From contig OZ281496.1 of the NCBI GenBank assembly GCA_965637545.1, forward strand, positions 18,476,001 to 18,540,000: 64,000 nt of DNA, in the 5' to 3' direction. The notes below the pieces were generated by a model. The model was not told the origin of the DNA, ran no database searches, and saw nothing but the letters and a program-made list of their open reading frames with translations. The position numbers and the translations under genes are program-made. This stretch comes from Phallusia mammillata (Eukaryota). Positions 49,208-60,600 of the stretch are shown one piece after another; the stretch's first letter is position 1, and every line of letters begins with the position of its first letter.

Positions 49208-51387
49208 CAGGGGCGGCTCGTGCGAGGGGGCTGCGGAGCTGCAGCACCCCCTAGATATTTTTACCTAATATTCCCACCACAATATTACAGATAATTTTCA
49301 TTAGATTCTTTTTTTTTATTCTTTAGGAATACATAATAAGTATAATTTCCACCTTTATCGGCATTTTTTTTCCTTTAAAAAAAAAAATTATTGCATTAAT
49401 ATGTTATCTATGGCGGAGCTGCAGCTCCAGTTTCGTGACGTTTCATGGCGTTTTCAGTTGTGCGCATGCGCACTTAGAAAAGCTACATGCCGGGCGAAAT
49501 AGGCGAGAGGGGGCTGTGGCTCGCGCAGCCCCTCCCGTGACGTAGCGCTAGTTGTGTTGTCTGCTTCGCGTCAGTGAGCTCCAAAGCCAAACCCGTGTAT
49601 TCTTAAGTTCGGCAGTGAGTAGAGTACAGTTAAATAATTATTTTGCCATCTTATAATTTATTTGTTTGAAGGTTAGTCGTGACTTTTTAAGACGACTGTA
49701 AGTGGGTTTCAGTTTTTGCAGTTATCATTGAATTAAATAAGTGTATGTAACACTTTGAAAAAGAAAAAAAGGTCATCTAACACCTTGAAAAGTCACGATT
49801 AACCTTTATAATAAATAACTGAATTAAAAAGTTTTAAGAAAATATGGGATAAAACATCTGCTGCTCCAATGCCATGCAGGTATAAGCACCAACAAGAAAT
49901 ACTCAGTTTTAGTTCTTAATGCTACTAAAGAAAAAATAAATTTGTGACTGTGAAGTTAAATGCCTCACTGAAATTCAGGCAATATCAAACGCAGAACAAA
50001 CAATTGCAGAAGCAACAGGAATTTTGAAATACCTAAGTGAAGACAATTTAAAGTTTTGGTTTCCTAACACACCATGTGGAGAGTATTTGCAACCAAGTGC
50101 AATCATGTGTATTGATATAATGGACATGTACTGTTTGTCTAAACAGTAGCTGCTAAATTGCTTCACCGGAAGTGTTTCTTAAGATTGAACATTCTACAGA
50201 CAAGATAGTAGTGACCACCAAGCACATCCTATTGTTGACAAAGAAAAGCTAGATGTTTCTGTAGATCTGATGTTCAAAATTACTTCAAAAATAATCTAGA
50301 TGATGTTTTGACAAGTGAAATTACTAGGATGAAAAATCCTTTTTGCTGGCAAAACAGTTCTTTTTAACACTGAAAATGATGCAAACCTTTGTTAGGAACA
50401 CCATTATTTTCAAAAGACTAGTACTAATAGAACAACAGTTTCTTAGTTGTCATTTGGAATCAAGAAAGAAGCTATCAATTATTTTGCCCAAACTATAACT
50501 TTATGAGAACACCATTATTTTCCAAAAACTTGCACTTGCAGTGCTAGTACTAATAGAAAAACAGTTTCTTAGCTGTCATTTGGAATCAAGAAAGAAGCTA
50601 TCAATTATTTTGCCCAAACTATTACTTTATGATTCATTTTGGTTGTAAAAAGGAAGCACAAGGTTTAATAATATGTGTTAAATTTAAGTGAGAGTGTTGT
50701 AAATTTTAAAGCTTGAAGGAGTTTTGCACTTAAAAAAAGCAATTATAAGCTATTTGCCAGCAAATAAAGCAGCAAGTATAGCAGTTAGAAATCTGAAAGA
50801 CAAATAATAGTCTGCCCACAAAAATTCAAAAAAAAGATGTTAAAATAAACAAAGTTCTGACACAAATGTAATGTGGTTGTTAAATTTGGCAGTTATGATA
50901 CCATTAAACAGCTGTATGGCTAGTTTTTTTGTGTGACAATAATCTGTGACGTGTCATAGAATATGTTGAAAACGCTGACTGTGACTATAAGTTACTTAAA
51001 TGAAACATGACCATTTTTTTAAATGTTGTCTAACTGAAATACTTCGACCTTTTTCGACTCATTTCTTTTTTCTTATTGTTTTGTTATATTCTTGTTGTGT
51101 TTTAACGTATTTACAACCGCTTCGTTTCGAGTCTGTGTCACGTGCGTTTTTGTGCCACATTATTACTGTATGTTATGGTGTTTGGCCCGTCGCTGTGCAA
51201 GTAAACAAAATACACAAATGATACCGTCTGCTGTTTAAATTACGTCACAATGGAGTTGCTAATTAAGATTTGTATTACTTGTTTTGCTACACAAAACAAT
51301 GGCTAGAAAACTAGCAATGTAGCTTTTCTATATATTGCCAACTTATGGAGCAGCACCCCCACAAATTTTAGGCACGAGCCGCCACTG
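49208..51387. mobile_element. 2180-bp internally deleted hAT element with a transposase remnant
   Basis: TIR CAGGGGCGGCTCGTGC / GCACGAGCCGCCACTG; perfect TSD CGGAACAG (49200-49207, 51388-51395). Plus-strand fragments TIAEATGILKYLSEDNLKFW, HVESICNQVQ, AAKLL and AHPIVDKEKL (49979-50270) recall ZMYM1-like hAT transposases (from memory, not searched). Confidence 0.88.
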
Positions 51388-52157
51388 CGGAACAGACAAT
51401 TTATTGCCAGAAAAAAATTCAAAAGGAAGTAATGGCATTATTCCAAACATATTAGCTTTCGCATTTTATGTTATACTAAAATTTTGGGCTATGGTTTTCG
51501 ATGTTTGACTAAATCGTGACGCATTCTTCAATAATATCTTACTCTTTTCGATGTGATGGAAACCCTTTCTGTGATACTGATGAGCTTAATTGCAACGGTA
51601 AGTAGAAATTAATAATCTAGGTTTTTATACGTAGATTGGACGCAGACGTACAAATTGTTTCCTAACTCCAAAATTTATAAACTGACATTTGTCAAGTAAT
51701 TGTGTTTGTGTCCATTACGTTTCCGCTTTACATAACGTCTTCATATTGCGCAATACCAACTTGGTGATTAATTTATATTATCAAATCTTGTGATTAAAAA
51801 ATGTAACAGCGAATTAAACAACTGCAACCGCCCTTCAGATTACTTTTACACCCCCGAGTATTCGTTTTATAGCGCACTGTTTATACCAAAGTGTACGAAG
51901 TAAAACGCTACTAAAGATCGGAAGTATGTGGGCACATTCAATCCAATCCGCTGAGTTTTCGGACACAAACCAAGACAATGTAAGACTGTTATTCCTCGAA
52001 TCACTTTGTATTAAAAAAGCAATACCTAAAACCGCCACCCACCTTGCATTCACCCTTTTACAGGGTGTTTATATAAACACTGTTCTAGCTCGATTGACCA
52101 CCTGTATTGATAATGAAAACAGGGATTCTTAAAACATCCGCATGATATACTATGCAT

Positions 52158-52490
52158 CAGGGTTTGCCTAAACTTTTTTGATGTGGGGCAATTTTTATCA
52201 TGTGGAGACGGCCGGGGCCAATTTTTTTTTGCCAGGGTTTTAACTGTAAAATTTGATTTGAGTAAATTGTGGGAGTTTGTTGCGTCAGAACCATATGTAC
52301 TTCCGTTTTACCGGTAAATAAAGTTCCATGGAAATCTTTTGCGTGAAGTCACGAATCGCCGCAAACCAAAAACTTAATCCAAACTAGCGGCTGATGGCCA
52401 TACGCAACACAATTAAATAAAAAGACACGGGCCTCATGCAATGCCGCCGGGGACCGCATTTGGCCCGCAGGCCGCACTTTGGACATCACG
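52158..52490. mobile_element. Degenerate hAT (Charlie-like) MITE
   Basis: CAGGGTTTGCCTAAACT ... ACTTTGGACATCACG ends and GGGCC/GGCCCGCAGGCCGC subterminal motifs like those of 30830 and 33877; TSD not recognisable. Confidence 0.55.
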
Positions 52491-52554
52491 TTCTACATAT
52501 ACAACACTTCCGGCAATGGCGTTTTTCGTTAAGGCACATGTTATTGCTTCTGAC

Positions 52555-52935
52555 CAATGTTGTAAACGGGCCTGAAATTGAAGCCCGAACCCGGCCCAAA
52601 CCCGACCCGAACCCGAAAGTACAAGCTCGAAACCCGTCCCGAACACAAATCGTTTTTGAGAAGCCCGTTTAGGCCCGAAAGTTTGATCGACAAGCCCATA
52701 CCTCAAACCTCAGAAAACACCAAGACAACAAACACAATAGACGATGGGTCTCGACAAAGACGTGTTAGGGCTGTTTGACATATATGGACAAGTCCGGCAA
52801 CTGACTATTTAGCTAGTTATTTTTTTAATACTGACACAAAGTTTAAAGACAGGCCCGAATCAAGCGCGTTTTTTCGGAAAAAATAAGCTCGAACCCGAAT
52901 CCAGCCCAAAAAGCCTGGACCGACCTACAACTCTG
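52555..52935. mobile_element. hAT MITE (381 bp) with CCCGAA repeats
   Basis: Perfect TSD CTTCTGAC (52547-52554, 52936-52943); imperfect TIR CAATGTTGTA / TACAACTCTG; (G/A)CCCGAA(C) repeats at both ends. Confidence 0.85.
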
Positions 52936-53163
52936 CTTCTGACTCAGCATTGTGTCACTATCCGCCAGACTTCTAGCAAGCTATTTTATCGCAGAAACTA
53001 ACAGTTCTTTGAGAAAGGATAGACTGCACAAAAGGAAAGCACTTTGTGTAATAATACACTTGCCTGAAGACACTTGCCCAGGTCACAAGCCAAATTATAG
53101 TGAGGTGTTTATTTGACAAATATATCGTATAAGTTTGCCTCAGAGTAAACTAAATCCAACGTG

Positions 53164-56130
53164 TCACTCCAAAGCTTTATAAATAAGGAACACAATGCGT
53201 GCAGCGCCGGGAGAAAGTGGTACAAATTCACCATACCTGCAAACTCCTAAAGCCCATAACAATACTGGGGCGGGGAAAATTTGGATAGCTTCGGTTTCAC
53301 TGGGAAAGGACCGGCTTTCTTTCCTGTCAACAAGATGTCCAAGACTATTTGAGAAACTGCGAATTTGCACATTCAATATTGATAACAAGGCCATGGTCCG
53401 AACGCTGCATTGAAAGTCATTTTAATACTGTTTCCATAAGTCTCGGTTTTTGAACCCACTTGCAAACGAAGACATTTAAGGCAGAAGTGGTTATTGACTA
53501 TCGTTTACGCAATATATTCTTTTTTCACGGGGTTCGAACCCAGGACACTCCCGGGGACGAATCCCGATCAGTTTTTTATGTCTGTATATGGGTCAGGCGC
53601 GCCAGGCCATTCGGCCAAGTTCCGATTTGCAACGACGACTGGAAAGATATTATTGCAGTTACGAATACTTTGGACCATAGTCAAATCTGTCGAAGAACAC
53701 CGATTGGCATTCGTCCAGTTGCAGCTCCTTTCTCACAAGTTGATCCAACTTGGCTGCAACAACGGCCGCTGTCAGCTCCAGGCGGGGAATCGAACATGTC
53801 TTCAGGAGGGCAACGCGTGTGTTGCCTATTACAAACGAGCATGGAATGCGTCCTCGCTCGTCCACCAGTCTCAAATAGTACACCGCACTGTAAACTGTGA
53901 CTGACGCATCTGCAAAATGGTGCAAATACGTTGTTCGCACCTTACCAAAATTATAGGGCTTCACACATCTTGGCAGACATGTTTCCTAACCGCGGTAGTT
54001 GCTGTAACCACTTTGTCCACGTTTCGTTGTCATCAGCGGAAAGCACGTCGTCTCATCCAAGCTGTTTTCTGCGGAGAACCGTTTGTATCGTCTTGGGCAC
54101 CACAATCAGCCAAGAAGATGGTATAAGGAACTTACCACCGACAGGATACACCTTCTGGTGTAGGGTTATTTTGCTTTACATCGACGTTGAAACCGAAGTA
54201 CCCTCTCGCACGAGGAACCATCCACGTCCAGCTCCTTTGGTGACTTGGTCCGTTTCTCTTCGTTGATGGACAACTCGCAGGCTGCTACGCCACTTGGTTA
54301 TCCGAAATCCCGTCTTTGCCCTAAATGCAACAGGTTGCTTCGGTTTTCCCTTTCGTACTTCTTCCACGAAAAAGGCATCTGGAACTTTCATCACGATGAG
54401 CAGAAAAGCTTTACTCCAATCTACTTGTTGAAATGACATGTCTGATATGTGGAAGCTCATCCGATTCCTCGTTTCTCGAAGCTTGTTGGTGGTAATAGGC
54501 AGACTATCAAGAATGAACACCTAGGGAAGTTCCACAGTTGTGGAGCCATCGAGCGAAGCAACAGATAAATTAACTCTTTTGCCCTCGCGCCTGCGACTGT
54601 CTGCGTTGACCGTTTTAAGCATCACGTTGCTAGGTTCACATCGAGGCCCAAGCTTGTCTGTCAGTTTCTTGTCGCAGAAAGTGATGCCCGAGCCAGTATC
54701 TTAAAGAGCGTACGTATCAACAGCCCTACCGTTAGCACTGACTTTGACCGCAACCATCATTTACTCTACTAGAGGAAGCATGACAGTCCTTTACAATCGC
54801 CCACACAACCTAACAAACAGTCCGTTCCGGCGCAGTTCCTTTGACAGAGGATCTGTACTCTCTCTTCTCTGGCGGATGCAACAAGGTGTGATGAGATTCG
54901 TTGTAGTCCTTCAAGGTGCACGCCTCGGGGCTGTAGCACTTTGTGGCAAAGTGTCCGAATTTCAAAGAATTAACACGAAGTGTGCGGCGCCGGGTGATGC
55001 GCAGACGATCACGGTAACATCAGGATTTAAATTTCTAGCGTTTAGCACGCCAATGGTTTCCCGAACAGCACTGGCACTGTGGGTTAGTGGGAAAGTAGGA
55101 AGGTCCAGCACGAGCCTTGGGCCTAAATTTTTGTTCGCTTAAAACGACATGACTGGAGCCACTACGTGACTAAATTGACCTTTCATGCGACTAAACAACG
55201 AGTTTGCAATCTCGTCCCCCGTTTCAACGAAATTAACACGATGCTCGAACAGAGGGTTCACGGCCAGGCTCTATGATCATTGCTGCGACACGCCGTTTCC
55301 AAGCCTCCTGCATCTTAAACGGTAGACGATTTCCGACAGCAATCAACGTAGGGTAATTATTCATCTCCGAATGCTCGTCAAATATCTGAAAGTGATAGTA
55401 AACAACCGCGCAGCGACTGTGCAAACTTTTTTTGGACCGTTGTCAACACATCTTACACATGCATGAGCGATTATAGGTGACTTGCTATACTTGTCGTACA
55501 GCAACTGTCTCGTTTGAATAAGCGTTTTTCCTAAGTCTAAAACAGTGTTCAATCAGTTTGCGGGCCTTGCCGTCATAATGCTTCGCAAATACGACAATTT
55601 GGTACCATCGCCATCGACCTTGTCGTCGATACGAGAATCGAAATTGCGAAAAAAAAACTTCCGATAGTCCATTGGATATCCACGTCGTTCTTGTGGCGCT
55701 GTTCTTCTTCAACGCGACAAATCTCTTCCTCGGCACGCCGCCTTTTCAATTTTTCGCGCTGTCTGGCCAGCTCCTGGTTCTGCGCAGTCTATTGAATGGC
55801 AAAGCGCGCAGGCTGTGTCGTTATACTTTAACTCTAGTTTTAATGTTAGTCGAAGAACTATAGCGCCTACTTCGCCCGCAGAACGAGTCGTATCACCGCT
55901 TCCACCTGTACTAGCTATGATAACAAGTTAATTACTTGCAGATGAAGAATTTTCCTCACGAACCCAGTGAGAAACTAAGTCATCGAATTCGATATTGTTT
56001 TTCCTCACGCTCTCTAGTTCGTCGGCAAGTTTAGGATGCGTCTCGTAGGCATCAACAGCATCGGCAAAAAGATGTTTAAGCGCATCCAAAACCGTCTTGA
56101 GCACCTGCTTGTTGCGGTAGTCATTCATCA
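53164..56130 (-). mobile_element. Decayed Bel/Pao LTR retrotransposon (gag, protease-flanking region, RNase H, possible integrase fragment)
   Basis: 53659-53964 gives LHHFADAS..YSAVYYLR...CSFVIG...SIPRLELTAA (Pao RNase H); 54176-54520 VPDAFFVEEVRKG..QPVAFRAKTG; 55233-55552 gag-like LYDKY...PIIAHAC and RLPFKMQEAWKR. Many stops and deletions; no LTR identified. Confidence 0.87.
53520..53620 (-). mobile_element. tRNA-derived SINE inserted in the Pao remnant
   Basis: Minus strand ACTTGGCCGAATGGCCTGGCGCG ... TCGGGATTCGTCCCCGGGGAGTGTCCTGGGTTCGAACCCCGTG then an A-run. Confidence 0.85.
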
Positions 56131-56229
56131 GGCACTCGGCGACTGGGTATTGTTCACTCAGACATCGACGACAATCAGCAACCGCTTAAGGATTGGTGAC
56201 GTATGATTAGCTCATTATGGACCGCTCAA

Positions 56230-56429
56230 ACATTCAACAAACGGTTAAACTTGTTTTCAACAAACCAAGTTTCAACTGAATTGAAGTTTTAACTTCTGTT
56301 AAACGAAGAGTTGAAACTGCTTTCAAATGTAAACTACTGTTCAACAAAAAATTGAAACTTTCATTCAACTGTAAAATTGTCTTCAACACCCAGTTGAAAC
56401 TTTCATGTAACGTTCCGTGAATGCGCCCC
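56230..56429. repeat. TTCAAC/GTTGAA-rich segment ending in a TIR-like GC end; probably a truncated MITE
   Basis: About ten TTCAAC or (G/A)TTGAAA units followed by TCCGTGAATGCGCCCC; no matching left TIR. Confidence 0.45.
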
Positions 56430-57657
56430 GGTTCTAACGCGAATCATCACACGAGGGAAGAATTGAAACGCGTAAAGGCCTCCAACAAGCTGACAAAGAT
56501 AGGGTGTTTTGTAGCTCTTATTGTGCAAACACTTTTAAAGAAGAAGGAAAAGGACTGTAGGAGACGATAGAAACGGTTTCTACATAAATCATGGCATTAC
56601 TATTGTGCTTCAAATGTAGAAATATAACTTAAAAAAAATGTAAGTTTAAGCTCTACATTGTAGAGCGATAGTGTAGAATAATCACGCTTTACGTGAGTAT
56701 CGTACAAGAACGCTGCGTAAACAAATACAACTTAAGAAATTTGAATAAACCAAACTGCACATGTAGAACAATAATTACAACTCATATGTATTTTAGGTCA
56801 TTGCAGTTAAGTTCGCATTCATTATAGTAATTCACATTTTGGAGTCATTAAACAAATATATACAAAGTGACTCACCAATAACCGTCAACACGACAATAAA
56901 CGGCTTTTCTAATACAACCGAAAGCAGCAACGAAAATAACTAAGCTTAAACCACGTTGCGTTGTCACACAAAACTGGCAGTCGACTATTACTTCACACAA
57001 ATCAATAAAGTTGTAGTGAGAAAAACGGGAATCAATAGAAATCGGCAATTACTGGCATGAATTATCATTTGAGAATTACTGCTTGAATTTCGAAACATTT
57101 TCGAAATTGCGGTGCATCACGTCACGTTTGGAAAGAACTTGCATAAACAGTTGAATCGCCGGGTTTGTGACACCACACTTTGTAAATAAAATGGTACTTT
57201 CTGGCTGAAGTCACTGTGCATTTAACATCAGCAACAAAACCGCCTAACCTTGTTCAAAACAAAAAATATTAATCTCATACATCAGTTCGCGTCCCAGGTC
57301 CCAGGGCTCGCCATTTCAAGTCAATCTAGCTTGATTTTGTAACAGACACAGAGAGTAAAAGCTAGCTTTTGTAACAGACACAGAGAGTAAATCAGCACTT
57401 ACAATACTTTCCTCGAATTACCGAAACTAATAAAAACACTATTTTTTGAAATATATTTTGAACCCGAAACCCTTAGTAACGCCAACGCTAACCCGGTAAC
57501 TTCAAATTGTCAGGTTTTGACAATACACATGTTGTTAATGACACAGTTAATTTCGCTTGCATGAGCAAAACGTGGCAACCTAAAAAGTGGAAAAAATGTT
57601 GTCACACTGTTTTTATAGATCTTTGCTTACATGTCAATTCTTACTTTTTAGTTTCAG

Positions 57658-60600
57658 AAGGCTGTAGGTATCATGAATTTCAATGTTCACCTTCAATGAA
57701 GTGTGTAGTTACTTTAGGCATGTGCCCTTGATCAGCGGGTGATGAACAACCCGTATGTAATGGTAAGAATATTGTCGTTCTTGTTTTTTGCGCTAGGTGG
57801 CGTTTATTGATACTTTGAGTCTATTGTATTTGGTGGGTAGAATTTAATCCTATCACACATAAAGGGTTCGTTAAATAACTGTATCAACAAATCAAATAAT
57901 TCCGTTGTAAATGTTCTATTGACTGTTTTCATACTTCAATAAAGGCGTTTAACCATTATAGTGTCTTTGGCTTTGCCAACTTATTTTAGTGGGGTCACAA
58001 ATCTTATTTCAGTAAACACTGATAAAATAATGACGTCTATGCGATGAGTCTGTGACACAGGTCAATGCGCTGCTGATGAGTTTGAGTGCCTTTCTGGAGC
58101 CTGTATTCCGCAATTTTACCAATGTGATGGAGTATGGGATTGTGAAAGTGGAAACGATGAAGTTGGATGCACTGAAATACAACAAGGTAAGTTTCTGCAA
58201 TCTTTTTACTTTGGGGTCTCCAATGTTTCAGAATAGGGGAAAACATTACAGACTCTTTGCAGCTCTCCGGACACTTTTTTTTAATTTTCTAACTGCAGTT
58301 TGATTTGGCATCTTGGTATCGGTAACTGTTACGGCGGACGGATCAGGGTTTTTAACGATACATTCGCGCAGTTCTTTTTGCTCGTCAGTAATGAGCAAAG
58401 ATAGCGTAACATGGCAGTCGGTCATTAGTTCGCATTATGACAGATGCATTTGCAAAGCATGTCTGCAGGTTCCAGTTAATACTGCCGTCGAAGTGTAAAG
58501 TAGAAGCGTTTCAAACACTTTCGAAACGTACCATACTTTCTGTAAAAAAACAATTTATATGTATATATATATATGTGTGTGTGCCATAAAGTCTTTCGTC
58601 AAAAATGGACCTTCAAAGCCAAACTAGGTTTGACATTATTATATGTTTAAACAATAATCAGGATTAAAACAATTTTTCTGCAACTTTTAGGGTTGGCCGA
58701 CTACAACTTGTGATCGTTCCATTTTTTAGAAAAATGTGTTCGTTTGGTATATTTTTAAACCTGATATAATTTAGACCTCTTTTATGCAGGCAATGTACAC
58801 TACAGTTTGTAGTCCGACTCTTCAAAAGAATGCTACTATTGTTACCCTTTCTTCGCTGCCGTAAACAAAACAGAAGCGTGCACAATCTCGCCTTGCACGT
58901 TTCGGGCAGCTTCCCAATAATCGGTTAACATGTGAACTTTTAAAAAGCTCCGACCAATGTTTTAAAAAATAAATCTCATGGTAATTTGTTATATTGTCCA
59001 AAAAAACTTTTTGGCGCTAAACCAAACAAATCCTAAACGAAACGCTTAGTAGGAGGTCCATAATTTTTTGCCTCATTGGTTTATAATACTGGATAATAAT
59101 AATAAGGGCCATGAAAACAATAAATAACTAAAGTTAAGACCATTAATAATTAATAGACAAACAGTTAATTGCGTAGTAAATCCTAATCATTACCATTTGA
59201 ATGTTTGCAGCTCGAGTGTGATTTTCAAAAGCTCTGCATGTCACATTTCTCACGTGTTAAAAACCACTGTTTAAACCGTTTAACACTGGATCACCAGTTT
59301 TTTGTTCGAGAATTCAGACTGTTTTGTGTTATCTTAGCTTTTACATGGTAAAGGTTGAAACGTTATTAAATCTTTGTGTCGGGTTTGCACCACAATAACG
59401 CTTTATAAAGACACTATGCTTATACTATTTTTACTCTGTAGGTTTGGACAACTGCCCTGCCCATCAATTCGACTGTGCTGGAGAGTGTCGTGATTTGCGT
59501 TTCGGCTGCTCGTTATCTGTATGTCATTCCGACCTCGCAAGCGATTGCTTTGGTAAGAAACTACAACTATTTTTCGGGTTTGTTCATTTTTTATGTTTTT
59601 TTTTTATTGTTCGATGTCCTGATGTAGTGTTTGTGCAGTGGAGTATCACTATTACACTTTTCTGGAATAATTTACCTCTTATTACAGGTGTATACATGAT
59701 CTCTTTGTCACTAAAAATCGTTTGCATCATTCAGGTGGAGATTGTGGACCTGGCAAATATAAATGCCGATCTGGGTACTGCCATGCAGAAAAGTTTGTTT
59801 GGATTTCATGATTGTTCCGATTTCGACGATGAAGAAGTTAATTGTGACGCCCCAGGTTCGTTCAGACGATTTGCGTTTCATACGAACTTTCTCATAGTGA
59901 TTTTATCTATCCAAACAAAACTAATTGACTTCATTCTAGAAATATTAAAACATTTTATTCACTAAAAGACCTTAAAGAAATTTTCGACAGTCATCGTTAC
60001 CGAAAAATGATATAAATGTAACTTACACAGCCACAAATTATTATTGTCGTAAAAAGAAAAACTTAATCTGATTGATTCTTTTGTAATCAATCAGATTAAG
60101 TTTTTCTTTTTACGACATGCGTAATATTTAGACTAACTAAATATTGCGTTGTTTTTAGTGTCCGTTGCTGTTGAGTGCAAGGAAAAAAACTTGACCATCA
60201 CGTAAGTTTAACCTTCTTTCGTAGCAATACCAAATAAATCTATCAACTTTTAAAATAACACGAATTACAGTCAGCTACTGACCGTTTTTCGTTGGGTTTT
60301 TGCCGACCTGCAATTAGCAAAAAAAAAACAATCTTTCTAGATTAACAGCGGAAGAAAAGATCACATTAGACTACGAACTCGGAGATACTCTTTACATTGC
60401 ATTGGACAGAGAAACTCCTCTTGCTGATCTCCATGACAACTGCAAGGTTACGGGAATGAATCCAGTGTTTGTGTTTGACATTGAAGATTGCGAAGGGCAC
60501 TACAAGGTAAATTACAACCGAACACTAATCATTTCAGAATTTCGGCTTTGACAAGCCATTGCAGCTAAATAGGTGAGAATTTTTCTAACTGTTTCAAACT

